A stretch of 64,000 bases of DNA from Octopus vulgaris (taxonomy: Eukaryota). The stretch lies in contig OX597839.1 of assembly GCA_951406725.2 (NCBI GenBank), positions 38,812,001 to 38,876,000 on the forward strand. The letters run 5' to 3'. Of this stretch, positions 1 to 14,205 are shown piece by piece. The translations under genes were made by a program, and so were the position numbers. The notes beneath the pieces were generated by a model. It did not search any database, was not told the origin of the DNA, and worked only from the letters and a program-made list of their open reading frames with translations. Each line of letters starts with the position of its first letter. Within the stretch, counting starts at the first letter, position 1.

Positions 1-39
1 CATTAATAGCAGGCAACTACACCAAAACAAGTTACGAAG

Positions 40-430
40 GAATTTGTACACAGTTCTGTTAATGTAAACGGAAGTGAGATTTATGAAAACGTATTCTACA
101 TCTATCGGAAATGGGATCTCTCAAGTGGTCTTCCTTTCTCTCTTCTTTTTATACTTGGTGGTAAACCCTTTAATCACATTAAAGGGACTACAATCGGGAT
201 GCAAACGTTATGAGAAAACCATAAAAGCATCTTTTGTGCATGGAGGACCCCAAGATGTACTCTGAAGACAATTAACAACTAGAAACACTGATACAGATAT
301 ACCATGGTGTGAGATTTGGTTTTCAAAAGTGCGTCGGAGAATAAAAATCACAAGCATTATGTCAGTTATGAGAATTAGACCAAAAACAGACTTATAAGTT
401 AATTAGGAAAAAACCCAAGTAAACCATGAG
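40..430 (+). mobile_element. Degenerate non-LTR retrotransposon RT fragment (R4/Dong-like)
   Basis: Frames give GISQVVFLSLFFLYLVVNPL (resembles GIFQGDSLSPLLF...NPL) and HLLCMEDPKMYS (resembles HLLYMDDLKLY). Followed by (AAT)n. Confidence 0.7.
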
Positions 431-464
431 AACAATAATAATAATAATAATAATATATTAATAA

Positions 465-788
465 TGCCCTGGAAATGATAGCAAAATAGCAAAAGGGGCT
501 GATTGCTACCTAACCATGAAACCTCAAAATGGTAGAAATTCAAAAGATAGTGCTCATGGGAACTGCTCATATCCTACGTAAAATACTTTCTATGTAATCT
601 CAAGTTTTAAAAGAAACATAATTTTCCTATGGTTTCTTAAACATTCTCTAGAACAACACTATGTACAAAACCAAATATATGACACCCTAGGCATAACACC
701 AACATGAGCTTCCAACTTGATGTCTCTTGAGGTCTCTGGGTGAGACTTGGAGCCAACTCGTACAAATATTAAGCAAAAGTCAAACATA

Positions 789-790
<2 letters not shown>
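465..790 (+). mobile_element. 3' end of R4/Dong-like REL LINE (subfamily 1) with 3' UTR
   Basis: Encodes ...EIQKIVLMGTAHILRKILSM*. Homologous to 48425-48705. (AAT)n on both sides. Confidence 0.8.
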
Positions 791-843
<53 letters not shown>

Positions 844-845
<2 letters not shown>

Positions 846-967
846 CCTACGCAGAACACTTTCCATACAATAACCATCAGAGCATCACAACAAATCACAG
901 CACATACCCAAGGCACACAGAGCTGCGCTCGGTAGTGAAGTGAAAGCACGCTATAAAAATAAATCTA

Positions 968-970
<3 letters not shown>
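844..970 (+). mobile_element. 5'-truncated 3' end of R4/Dong-like LINE (subfamily 2)
   Basis: Near-identical to 43000-43126 (ILRRTLSIQ* plus UTR). Sits inside (AAT)n. Confidence 0.85.
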
Positions 971-1038
<68 letters not shown>

Positions 1039-1521
1039 TCCAGTACGGAGGCGATTTTTTTCAACTAAACCCCTTCAAAGTGGTTCCCCAACATGGCCGC
1101 AGTCCAAGAATCGAGACAAGTAGAAGAGATAAAAGGACAAAAAGATGAAAAGCGAAAATTTATAAGTTGAGAAACATCAGCGAATGAACGGAAATTCATA
1201 ATAAATAATGGCGAAATTCTAAATGGAACGAGTTTTGAGAAAGAAAAGAAAGCAAGCTTCCCTAGCAGAAGCCAATAAAAACATCATAAGTGAACGAACC
1301 ATGCATAAATTATGGCCCTACAAAGAAAGAAGAAAAAAAAGGAAACGGCCACATTCAGAATGAATGAAGCTTTAACACAAACAACATACAATAGAAAGCC
1401 GTTAGACGGGGCTGTGGGGTTAAGGAGCTCGCTTCGCAGCCATGAGGTGTCGAGTTCCATCTTGGGCCTACTAACGCCTTGTAAATAAATTTATTTCACG
1501 GAATCTGTGTGAAAGCCATTC

Positions 1522-1568
<47 letters not shown>

Positions 1569-1572
1569 TCGT

Positions 1573-1604
<32 letters not shown>

Positions 1605-1639
1605 TCGTTCTTCCTTTCTTTCTTTCTTTCTTTCTTTTT

Positions 1640-1690
<51 letters not shown>

Positions 1691-1711
1691 CTCTCTCTCT
1701 CTCTCTCTCTG

Positions 1712-1752
<41 letters not shown>

Positions 1753-1756
<4 letters not shown>

Positions 1757-1946
1757 GAGAGATCACGAAAAAAAAAACAGAAGACGAAGGCAAGTGGTGT
1801 AGAAACCAAATGGATGTATTAGTATAACGCTCGGGAATTGAAAAAGTCTTTAACGTTTCGAGCCTACGCTCTTCTACAGAAAGGGACACAGAAAGAAATA
1901 AGGAGAGAAAAAATGTGTGTAGTGGCTACCGATCTATTATTACGAA
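1753..1946 (-). mobile_element. (TA)n-embedded short repeat, family H1 (Penelope-like pLTR derivative)
   Basis: Homologous to 5190-5388, 19378-19559 and 19598-19713. Bounded by (TA)n. Contains an HHR-like motif. Confidence 0.65.
1845..1887 (-). ncRNA. Minimal hammerhead ribozyme-like motif (CUGUAGA variant core)
   Basis: Minus strand reads gtcccTTT CTGTAGA A GAGC gtag GCTC GAA ACGT T AAAGac. Stem I CUUU/AAAG, stem II GAGC/GCUC, palindromic stem III ACGU. Confidence 0.6.
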
Positions 1947-1960
1947 TATATATATATATA

Positions 1961-2211
1961 TGAAACGATGAATAGCTTCGCGTAAACCATTGGTTCGTTT
2001 TGTTCTCTTACTTCATTATCATCTTATAATCATCTCATGATAATGACTTTTATGACTCGTATTACTACCTCAGTCAATCTAAATGTATATATTTGTCGCT
2101 ACCTGTCATAAATAGCCTTTTTCTATTTGCAATATGCATTTTCGTTGATTTTTCATATTTTACCCTTACATTTCAACGTGTATTTTATATTTTCTTTTCG
2201 TAACATATTTC

Positions 2212-2215
<4 letters not shown>
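1961..2215 (+). repeat. (TA)n-embedded dispersed repeat, same family as 23637-23885
   Basis: Shares ctacctcagt...ccttacatttc.acgtgta...gtaacatatttc with 23724-23885. Confidence 0.65.
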
Positions 2216-2285
<70 letters not shown>

Positions 2286-2795
2286 GTATATATATGTGTG
2301 TGTGTGTGTGTGTTTGTGTTTGTCCCCCACTCATTGTTTGACAAATGGTGTTGGTTAGCTTACGTCCCAGCAACTTGCCGCTTCGGCAAAACAGACAAGT
2401 TGAATAAGTTCCACACTTTAATGAATATGTAGGCATTAGTGAGGGGCAGGGTCGATATGTTCTACTAAAACCCCTTTAAAGCAGTCCCTTAGCAGGGTCC
2501 TAGTCAAATGACTAAAGCAGGTAAATAGTCCCCTCCAGAAGTGATCACCCATTGAAAATTCCTGTCGGATCAAATAAGCATTTCCCCTGCGAAAGAGCCG
2601 CCGCTTTTGACACACCATTGGATCGCTGTCTCCTCTGTAAATAGATGACGTGCAAGTTCGAAACCAGGCTCCGTTATCTTGACTGCTACAGAGGGCACTG
2701 GAGCACCTGACAATCTTCCGTAATCATTCTAATAATCTATTTGTTATATTTCAAATATAGATAAACAAATGGGATAAACAACAACAACAACAACA

Positions 2796-2852
<57 letters not shown>

Positions 2853-3318
2853 GCAATAATAACAACGTTAATAATTCCAACAACGACGACCATACGAATA
2901 ATCATATCAATCATACTACCTGGTGCTGTCTGCAGACGTTTAATTTAGCTAATACACACACACACACAAGCACACACATGTATGTATGTATGTATGTGGT
3001 AAGCTATCTTCAGTGCTTGAAGGTGTACTACAATGAGTGTGTGGTTGTGTTTCAATGACTGTAGACGTATACACACTTTCTCTCTCTCACACACACACTC
3101 ACACTCGTATAATGTACACACACACACCTATATATATAAATTCAAATAATAAATCATATCGATATAGGCGAAATATTTCTTTGCAAACTTTCTCCAATTT
3201 AATATATTCTCACAAACACATACACACACGTACACACTGTATGTGTGTATATCTGTCAATTTGTCTGTTTATCTATCTCTCTACCTACCTACCTGTCTAC
3301 CTACCTACTTACCTGTGC

Positions 3319-3402
<84 letters not shown>

Positions 3403-3542
3403 ATCTATACACACATTTATATATACACATAAATATAAACAGACATATATAAACAGAAATACAAACATTCATATGTAAACAAATGCAGAAAAGAGAAAAA
3501 AAAAACACCACCTCAGCAAAATATATCTCTCTACAAATATTC

Positions 3543-3573
<31 letters not shown>

Positions 3574-3658
3574 TAAATACATACGCGCACACACACACAA
3601 ATACAAACATAGAGCCATATATATAAATATATCTATATACATTATATATACTATACAA

Positions 3659-3700
<42 letters not shown>

Positions 3701-3821
3701 GTGTGTAATGCATGAATACATATCATACATAAGTTTATTTGAGTCTTAGCGATTGGGTATTATAACGTTCGTATCTATTTGTCACTAAGTGATTACTTTT
3801 GAGCGTATATCTACGTATATA

Positions 3822-3884
<63 letters not shown>

Positions 3885-4304
3885 TCATACATACACATAT
3901 ATCTACGTACACAAGCACACACAGACACACCCATACGTACATAGACACGCACATACACCTATACTTAAACAGAAATTTACACATATACATATACATTTGT
4001 ATACATATGCACACAAACATACATACCAACTTATATACTTACATACATATATGCATACATACATGCATATGCTTGTGTACTTCCGTTGTGCGTCTATGCG
4101 CCTGTAAGATATGGTCTGTAATCTAATATATGACTTCAGAAAAAGACCATTTCATTGATAACCATCAAAGACATCTACTGTATGTATGTGTCTATACACG
4201 AGTGTAGATATGTGGTTGTATGTACTTAGCTACGTATGTATATATCTATCTACAAGTATATGTGTATGTGTGAGTGTGTGTGTGTGTGTGTGTGTGTTCT
4301 TTTA

Positions 4305-4520
4305 TTGTTTTATTTGTTTCAGTCATTTGACTGCGGCCATGCTGGAGCACTGCCTTTAGTCGAACAAATCGACCCCATGACTTATTCTTTGTATGCCTAG
4401 TACTTATTCTGTCGGTCGCTTTTGCCGAAACGTTAATTTTACGGGGACGTAAACACACCAACATCGGTTGTCAAGCGATGGTGGGTAACAAAAATAGACA
4501 CACAAACATATACATATATA

Positions 4521-4553
<33 letters not shown>

Positions 4554-4715
4554 CTATACGACAGGCCTCTTTCAGCTTCCGTCTACTAAATCCACTCACA
4601 AGGCTTTGGTCGGCTCGAGGCTATAATAAAAGATACTTGTCCAAGGTGCTATGCAGTGGGATTGAACACGAAATCACGGGTATGAAAAACAAGCTTCTTA
4701 ACCACTCAGCTATAA
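4305..4715 (-). mobile_element. SINE family A (tRNA-like head, internal TA/TG microsatellite)
   Basis: Matches many copies: ...gcaccttgggcaagtgtcttctactatagcc... and tail ...gctccagcatggccgcagtcaaatgactgaaacaa. Confidence 0.85.
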
Positions 4716-4782
4716 CTGTATCTGTATATCCATGTATATATACATAGAAACTTATATACGTAAGTACACACACACATATGTT

Positions 4783-4862
<80 letters not shown>

Positions 4863-4949
4863 TATGTATGTATGCATATATATGTTTGAATATATATATA
4901 TATTTGTGTATATATGCATATATTTATATATACAAGTGAGCACCTAGGT

Positions 4950-5075
4950 TAAAAAAAAGGTGGAAAAATAGCACTCAAATACCAAAGGCAGAATAAAGTA
5001 TTAGTTCACTAAAGTCGAAAAAAGGAAATTTATCAACTGTTACTCAGAGTTTATCGGACGGTTGTGATAATACAC
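4950..5075 (-). repeat. HHR-family remnant related to 25960-26105
   Basis: Shares taccaaagg.aga.taaa. Minus strand reads ...aaACTCTGAGT A ACAGT, with stem II deleted. Confidence 0.5.
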
Positions 5076-5258
5076 ACTATACTAATCTTCATTTTACAAA
5101 ATTTTTGTTTTTTCAGGGTTCAATAAAACTATATACGTATATACACATATATGTATATATACACACACACACACACACATGTCGAGTCGTTAATTCCTAC
5201 ACATTTTTCTTTCTCCGTCTTTTTCGTTCTCTCTCTCTATCTTTTTTTTTCCTCCTTC

Positions 5259-5301
5259 AGTCCTTTCTGTCGAAGGGCGTAGGTTCGAAACGTGAAAGAC
5301 T
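5259..5301 (+). ncRNA. Minimal HHR-like motif, family H1 (probably inactive, H=G), within element 5190-5388
   Basis: AGTC(C)TTT CTGTCGA A GGGC gtag GTTC GAA ACGT G AAAGACT. Stem I pairs 7 bp with one bulge. Confidence 0.6.
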
Positions 5302-5422
5302 TTTCTATTCATCGCGAGCGTTAAACTAATACACCAGCTTGTTGTTCCTTCACCTGTCTTTGTCTTTTGTTTTCTGTAAACTTGAACTATATATATATAT
5401 ATATATATAAACATAAACATTG

Positions 5423-5672
5423 TGGAGGCGCGTGGCTTAGTTGTTAGGGTGTCAGCATCATGATCGTAAGATTGTGGTTTCGATTCCTGGACCGGGCGAC
5501 ACGTTGTGTTCTTGAGCAAAACACTTCATTTCACGTTGCTCCAGTCCACTCAGCTGGCAAAAAGGAGTAACGCTGCGATGGACTGGCGTCCCGTCCAGCT
5601 GGTGAACACATACACCATAGAAACTGGGAAACCGGGCCCACGAGCCTGGCTAGGCTTTAAAAAAGGGCGCAT
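5423..5672 (+). mobile_element. tRNA-derived SINE (family C)
   Basis: A-box-like TGGCTTAGTTG and B-box-like GTTTCGATTCC. Body gtgttcttgagcaaaacactt...ctgcgatggactggcgtcccgtccag. Confidence 0.8.
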
Positions 5673-6017
5673 TTATATTTTATATATATAAACATTATAA
5701 TACTGTGGTGTAGCACTGATAGCGAAATACTGGTGTACTACAGATTAAAATAACAGTGTCAAATTCGGTGCTTCCACTGAACCACATAGTACAATGTTAC
5801 ATGACTATATAACCTGACCGTTATAATACAAAAGAGCATACACTGACCGCTATAATATCCAGTACAGAGAGTGTCAGAACTTGGATTATTAAATAAGAAA
5901 AATGTTTGATATTTCAGTGTTGCTGAATAGAAGACATCAAAGCAAAGAATTGCTGTTGAGTACTCGCGGCTTTGTTTGTACGAGCTACGCACAGTCAATA
6001 CTACACGGCTAATAATA

Positions 6018-6053
<36 letters not shown>

Positions 6054-6067
6054 CAAAAACAGATACC

Positions 6068-6128
<61 letters not shown>

Positions 6129-6409
6129 AAAATGGAATAATGTAGTAACGCAAATATGATTACGCGTGGAATGATACGTCTGATGCTAGGTTTTGCTTCT
6201 TCACTTGAATTATCATAAAGGCAAATAAACTGTGTGTGTGTGTATATATATATATACACACACATGTATATATGAGTATGTGTGTGAGCACGTATATACG
6301 TGTGTATGCTTGTGTAGGTATCCGATATGAGCGTGTATAAATGCATACAGAAATTGATATTTATGTGTGTAGATATATATATATATATACAGCCGCCCCC
6401 ACATATATA

Positions 6410-6441
<32 letters not shown>

Positions 6442-6454
6442 CTTGTGTGTGTGC

Positions 6455-6485
<31 letters not shown>

Positions 6486-6929
6486 CATATATACGTATGT
6501 GTGTGCTTGCGTAAGTGCGTGTGTGTGCGTGTGCATATATGTGTAGGGAAATAAAAAAATGTATTGTTACAAACACGTGTTTCTATACATATGCATTTAC
6601 CAATCTATTTTTGCGTAGAATTGTGTTCGCAATAGAATGTTCATGCACTTACAATGGCATGTATGTATGTATGTGTGTGTGTGTGTGTTTGTATGCATTG
6701 TGTGTGTGCATGTGTGTATACATACACATCCATAACTATGTAGATATGATTGTTCTCGTATTCAATATATATATTGAATATTATCACTTAGATGTAGTAT
6801 TTTATAGGTATATACACGTATTTATTTATGTGTACACACACACACACGTATTTCTACACATATATATGTAAACATATATATGTATATTATATACATAGTA
6901 TATACATATAAATATGTATATTATATACA

Positions 6930-7240
6930 TATATAATGTATATTACATATATATGTAATAAACATATATATATATATAAATATATACACACTCATAGATA
7001 TACACACACATAGATATACACACATATATATGTAAATATAATAAACATATACATATAAATATGCATGTATACACACTCATAGATATACACACACATAGAT
7101 ATAGACACATATATATGTAAATATAATAAACATATACATATAAATATACATATATACACACTCACAGATATACACACACATAGATATACACACACATAGA
7201 TATACACACACATATATATATGTGAATATACATCTATATA
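6930..7240. repeat. Higher-order TA/CA minisatellite
   Basis: Recurring unit cactcatagatatacacacacatagatata...tgtaaatataataaacatatacat. Confidence 0.75.
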
Positions 7241-7677
7241 TATACATGTATGCATAAGTACATATATAGATACATACAGACATATACATAAACATATATG
7301 TACATACATATATTCTTGCATACAAAAACACCTACACATCATATACATATATATGTATAAACACATAAATACATACATAATACATACATACATACACACA
7401 CACTATATATATATATATATATAGATATATACACACACATAGGTGTACATAATACATCAGTGACAATGGTTTTTCATCTTTATAACACCATTAGCAAGAG
7501 AAAGAGATTACTGTACGCCATAAATATTCTCTCCTCTGTTTCCGTCTTGACGTTCATTCCGCCATTCCGCTATTCCGTCACGCAACATCGAACATGCCAA
7601 CTCATACATCACATGATAAAACTTTTCACTTTTTGAAATTTAATTTACCAATACACTTTATCATCTTCATACATACT

Positions 7678-7901
<224 letters not shown>

Positions 7902-8011
7902 TTTTTGTATATATATATATATATATATAATATATATATACATATAATATATAATTATATATACACATATATATATAATATATATTATATAAATATACAT
8001 ATATATATATA

Positions 8012-8072
<61 letters not shown>

Positions 8073-8234
8073 TATATATATATCATCTCTTGCTCTTTTT
8101 GTGTGTGCGCTGGTGTCTACTTCTTATTCATCTATACGTACGAAGATATACGGACAAAGACATACTCTCTCATATACACACATGCATACCTACACATATA
8201 CACAAAGGTAATTGTGCATAGTGGTACGTACACC

Positions 8235-8285
<51 letters not shown>

Positions 8286-8586
8286 GGACACACACACGCA
8301 CACACACAAACACATATGGTACTACTGTTTGTCTGAACTAAAATTAGGGTACTTCCAATCACACTTGTCCATTCATCTGTACCATATCATCAAATATGGC
8401 GCGACAACTACGAATGAACAAATGGGTTTATGAAATATGACGCGTTTTCTTCATGAAACTCAAGTCTTACTTATGAACAGTTAGTTTGCATGAGTGTGTG
8501 TACATATTTAGGTATATATGTGCGTATATATGTATGTATGAATATAGGTAAATATCTATATACTTATGTAAATCTATAGACTTTTC

Positions 8587-8646
<60 letters not shown>

Positions 8647-8791
8647 CACTTGTTAAGGTAATCTCTATAGGTATTCTATTGACTTATAAAAACGTTTTAT
8701 ATACTTTATGTATTATGGTTGCATAACGAGATACCATGTCTCTACAATTCTATATATGTGTATATGTATGTGTGTGCGTGCGTGTTTGTTT

Positions 8792-8831
<40 letters not shown>

Positions 8832-9229
8832 CTGCGTGTCTGTGTGTGTTTATGTATGTATGCATGCATGCAACTGAAAATCACACGAACTACAGCAGTA
8901 AAATTTGAAGCAAAGAAAGAAACAAAGAAAGATGTCCGTGAAGCGAAAGCATCTGCCTGAATAACGTAGAAATATAAAGCGAAAAATACAACAAACAAAG
9001 AAGTGTACAATGAAGCCTAAACTGCCATAGCAAAAGAGAATTTGACGTTTCGGGTGATTAGTCTTTGTCCAAGCGAAGAAAAAAGAAAAGAAACAAGAGG
9101 CAAGGAAATGAAAAACGTACGATAACCCCCTAAAAAGACTTCTGCTCACGTGACAGGCCTCTGGCCTCCCTGTCTGTCTGTTTGTCAATCTTTCTCTCTC
9201 TCTCTCTCTCATACACACACACACTTATA

Positions 9230-9443
9230 TTCCTTTCTATTATAAGCACAAGGCCTGAAATTTCGGGGGAGGGTGCCAGTCAATCAGATCGACCCTAGTA
9301 CGTAACTGGTGCTTAATTTATCGACCCCGAAAGGATGAAAAGCAAAGTCGACCTCGGTGGAATTTAAACTCAGAACGTAGCGGCAAACGAAATACTGCGA
9401 AGCATTTCGCCGGCATGCTAACAATCCTGCCAGCTCGCCGCCT
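9230..9443 (-). mobile_element. SINE family B (tRNA-like head, Nin-type central domain)
   Basis: ggcggcgagctggcag...gagtt(c/t)aaattcc...gactttgc.tttcatcctttcggggtcgataaattaag.accag. Confidence 0.85.
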
Positions 9444-9455
9444 TACACACACACA

Positions 9456-9529
<74 letters not shown>

Positions 9530-9629
9530 GCCGTAGGTTTACTGTTTTACGTAACAATGGATTTGCATAAAAGCCTAGAAATGCCGCGGTTTTCCAAGAA
9601 AAAACAAAATGGATTTGTATGCTCGCATA

Positions 9630-10980
9630 TATACACACATACACATGCACACAAACACTCGATTCTATACTAAGACACACTCTCACATACTTATACACAC
9701 ATGTACACAAACACTCGATTCTATACTGACACACTCTCACATACTTATACACACATGCACACAAACACTCGATTCTATACTGACACACTCTCACATACTT
9801 ATACACACATGTACACAAACTTAAATACATACATACTCACACACACATACTCACATTCATACACGAGCACAATGACACTCAATTCTATAGAAAGAGACAC
9901 GCATACACAAGCGTACAAACACACCTGCTTATATACATAAACACACCTGCTTATATACATAAACACACCTGCTTATATACATAAACACACGCTTATGCAC
10001 AAAGACACACTCACATACATACACACGTTCATAACCAAACACACACACACTTATATACAGAAATATACTTACATACACACACACACGCACGCTTATATAC
10101 AATGGCCCAGGCATGCACACACAAGTTTACACTCACACGCACACAATCATACACATAGATACACACACACACACACACAGACACCCTCTTTAACACACCC
10201 GCTTATATACAGAAACACAGACACTTACACGCTTATATACACAGACATACATACACAAGTTTATAAACACACGCTTATATAGAGAGTAACATACTCACAT
10301 ACATACACACACGTACACAAGCACATACATTTACATACATAAATACCAACACCTGCACACACACACAAACACACGCTTATATACAATGGCACAGACATAC
10401 ACACACAAGTTTACACTCACAAGCACACAATCATGGACATAATACACACACAGACACGCTCTTTAACACACCCACCTATATACACAATCACAGACACTTA
10501 CACGCTTATATACACATACATACATACAGAAGCTTACAAGCATATGCCTATATATACAGCAACATACTAACATACATACACAAACACACGTACACAAGCA
10601 CATTTACTTACATAAATACCAACACATACACAAACACTCGCTTATATACAATGACACAGATATACACACACAAGTTTACACTCACACGCACACAATCATA
10701 CGCATAGATACACACACATACACATACACACACGTACACAAGCACATTTACATACATAAATACCAACACATACACACACACAAACACACGCTTATATACA
10801 ATGACACAGACACACACACACACAAGTTTACACGCACACAATCATACGCATAGATACACACACAGACACGCTCTTTAACACATCCACCTATATACACAAA
10901 CACACGCTTATATACACAGACATACACACATACATACACGATCACTTTTACATACATAAATACCAACACACACACACGCA
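9630..10980. repeat. Compound CA-rich minisatellite with higher-order units
   Basis: Unit acaaacactcgattctatact...ctctcacatacttatacacacatg x3, aaacacacctgcttatatacat x3, then longer units with aagtttacactcac and ctctttaacac anchors. Confidence 0.8.
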
Positions 10981-11447
10981 CACGCACACGCACACACATA
11001 CACACACACACACATACACACAGACGAAAAGACACAAAACGTACGACGTACAAATCCCGCCAAATATAGCCACAAACTAATCTCAGATATCTGGTTGTGG
11101 AGTATCAAACGAAGTGTCGAAAAATCCGTTAATTAATTACGCTTTATTCCGTTCCTACACACCATTTACGGCTCCATTATCTGACCTTTCAACACGTGAC
11201 ACAACAGTAATTACAGAGGGGTTCTAAATATATCACTGCAGCTATGTAACCTCAATTTACAGTTCAGTAAAGGGAGATTCTTGTTGACACAATCATCATC
11301 CAAAATGGCGGTTTTCTGCGTTGACTCACCGACGACTCTAGTGGAATGATGGGATAGTTGCAACTGTGTCCTGTTCAGTTGATGTAGCTTTCGACTTGAC
11401 GGGTCTGTAATTAGTATGTTGGAGCTATGTGTGTATATATATATATG

Positions 11448-11479
<32 letters not shown>

Positions 11480-11763
11480 TGTATGTATGTATGTATGTAT
11501 GTATGTATGTATGTATGTATGTATGTATGAGTGTCAATATGTGTGTGCATATGTATGTATGTGTGTGTGTATGTATGAGTGTCAATATGTGTGTGTGTAT
11601 GTATGTTTGTATGTATGTATGTGTGTGTGTATGTATGTATGTATGTATGTATGTATGTATGTATGTATGTATGTATGTGTGTGTGGGGGGGTGTCTGTGT
11701 CATTAAGCGCGTGTGTGTAAGAACGTGTGTATGTGTTTGTGTCTGAATTTGACAATATGTGCG

Positions 11764-11800
<37 letters not shown>

Positions 11801-11882
11801 CGTGAATATATATATATAGTGTATATATATACATGTATATCTGTATGCATATATATATACATGTGTGTGTGTGTATATCTCA

Positions 11883-11925
<43 letters not shown>

Positions 11926-11935
11926 GTATATGCAA

Positions 11936-11980
<45 letters not shown>

Positions 11981-12136
11981 ACTTTGAGTATATGTGGGAC
12001 ACTGTGAATGTATGTGTGCATACACACACAAATATACACATCCGTATATAATATATATATGTGTATGTTCTTGTGTATGTATGTGTGAATGAATGTCTAA
12101 ATGGGATTATGCCTATGATGTTATGTGTGATTTGGT

Positions 12137-12182
<46 letters not shown>

Positions 12183-12187
<5 letters not shown>

Positions 12188-12413
12188 ATATTTCGGAATG
12201 GTCATATTGCCAGTTTAGCCAATAAAAACACACGCACTATATATTTGGTGTTATTTTGCTTCAGTGATATTTATTTTTACATTATTCTTAATCTTATATA
12301 TAGTGCGTGTGTTTTTATTGGCTAAACTGGCAAAATGACCATACCGAAATATAACAATATCTGTTTCAACACACGACTTCACATAAAAAATCTTGCACAA
12401 CAAATATTTAAAC

Positions 12414-12415
<2 letters not shown>
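12183..12415. repeat. Foldback element in (TA)n, about 61-bp arms
   Basis: 12183-12243 is the reverse complement of 12296-12357 (2 mismatches). One-sided extension to 12415. Confidence 0.9.
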
Positions 12416-12472
<57 letters not shown>

Positions 12473-12709
12473 TATATGTGTGTACGTGTGTTCTCACTTT
12501 TGTATATATAAATATATGGTTTATACATAAGGTACAGTGCACGTAACATACAAATGCGAATCTGATCTTATATCTCTATCTGTGTTTCTATATATATATC
12601 CATCTATCTATCTATATATCATATGTTCGCGTAAGAGTGGCTGTGTGGTAAAGAAACTCACCTTTCAAACGAGTGGTATCGGGTTTGGTCCCACTGGCCC
12701 ACTACTATA

Positions 12710-12746
<37 letters not shown>

Positions 12747-12747
12747 C

Positions 12748-13280
12748 AGCAAATAAATAACAAGGATGTTCTAGGTATTAGTGCATTACGGCCGTTTCTG
12801 GCGGTTCCATTTAATCGATCAATGCAAGCATTACATAAATTTGAAATATACCCCGCCTTCCTCGGACGCATAAGACCACATAGGTTTTCAACAAACAGGA
12901 TACTCCATTATAATTTTTTAGCAAATTTTTCATCAGACTAGAGAATAAAAGAATTACATGCTTATTGCTACAATAATAGCAATTCATTATTCTCTAGTTC
13001 TGATGAAAAATTTGCTAAAAAATTATAATGGAGTATCCTGTTTGTTGAAAACCTATGTGGTCTTATGCATTCGAGGAAGGCGGTGATATTTCAAATTTAT
13101 GTAATGCTTGCATTGATCGATTAAATGGAGCCGCCAGAAACGGCCGTAATGCACATACCTGGACATCTTTGTTACTTATTTGCTTTTTATTTACCAAAGC
13201 TTCGAGCTGTGCGGATAATACTGGACTGAATTAGTGCCTCAACTTAAGTACCTAGTTCAACTGAATCTTAATTATTTCTT
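12748..13280. mobile_element. Long foldback (about 200-bp arms) with an HHR motif in each arm; Penelope-like inverted pLTR structure
   Basis: 12748-12955 is the reverse complement of 12981-13184. The right copy extends a further ~95 nt. Starts at a (TA)n tract between two halves of a degenerate SINE-A (12635-12700 and 13320-13490). Confidence 0.75.
13066..13153 (+). ncRNA. HHR-like motif with long stem II (mirror copy at 12782-12870, minus strand)
   Basis: TGCAT TCGAGGA A GGCGG [47 nt] CCGCC A GAA ACGGCCGT A ATGCA. The mirror copy has TGCGT CCGAGGA. Confidence 0.65.
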
Positions 13281-13702
13281 ATATGTACACACACACACAC
13301 GCACACATTTGTGGGTGTGCTTGTCTTTGTGCTACGTCTGTCTTCCCACTGCTCAACAATTGGTGTTGGTTTGACTATGTCCGTGTAACTTAGCGGTTCA
13401 GCAAAAGAAAACGATAGAATAAGTGCCAACTTTTAAATAAAATGTGTACAGAGTGGCTGCAGTCCATTGATTGAAACAAGTAAAGAGCAAAAGACACACA
13501 CATACGTGCGCGGAAACTTCGAAATCACTGTCAACCTTTTTCTTGTAAAAGTATAGTAAACATATACGCTAGAAAAAAGTATTAAGTTTTCAGTTTTATG
13601 TTGAAATGTTTTATTATAGCTTGGCATACAAACCCACACATTAATCTCTCTCTCTCTCTCTCTCTCCCCATCTATCTTCCTATTTATCTATCTCTCCATC
13701 CA

Positions 13703-13758
<56 letters not shown>

Positions 13759-13797
13759 TCCATCTATCTTCCTATCTATCTCTCTCTCCATCCATCC

Positions 13798-13910
<113 letters not shown>

Positions 13911-13927
13911 CCTACCTACCTACCTAC

Positions 13928-14003
<76 letters not shown>

Positions 14004-14133
14004 ACAGACAGATCTTGTTGATAAATTGTGTAAACCAGTTACGAAACTAAAAATTATCCTGTCTACTGTTAAGTATCCACTTGACCTTTTTAGTGAATTG
14101 GTGGTGACCTTTCCGTTCCTCTATTTCTCCTTT

Positions 14134-14205
<72 letters not shown>

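Noticed and set aside
2530-2715. Possible CRE-type LINE C-terminus (RRGNAYLI) on the minus strand
   Set aside because: Similarity rests on one short motif and is too degenerate to call.
5423-5500. tRNA gene (also 62790 and the SINE A/B heads)
   Set aside because: A/B boxes run into multi-copy SINE bodies, and I could not form a clean cloverleaf.
9630-10980. CRISPR-like repeat-spacer array
   Set aside because: The intervening sequence is itself repetitive, the context is eukaryotic, and there are no cas genes.
13000-13006. CTGATGA as the core of the foldback ribozyme
   Set aside because: No complementary stems around it. The YCGAGGA site at 13071 gives consistent stems I and II.
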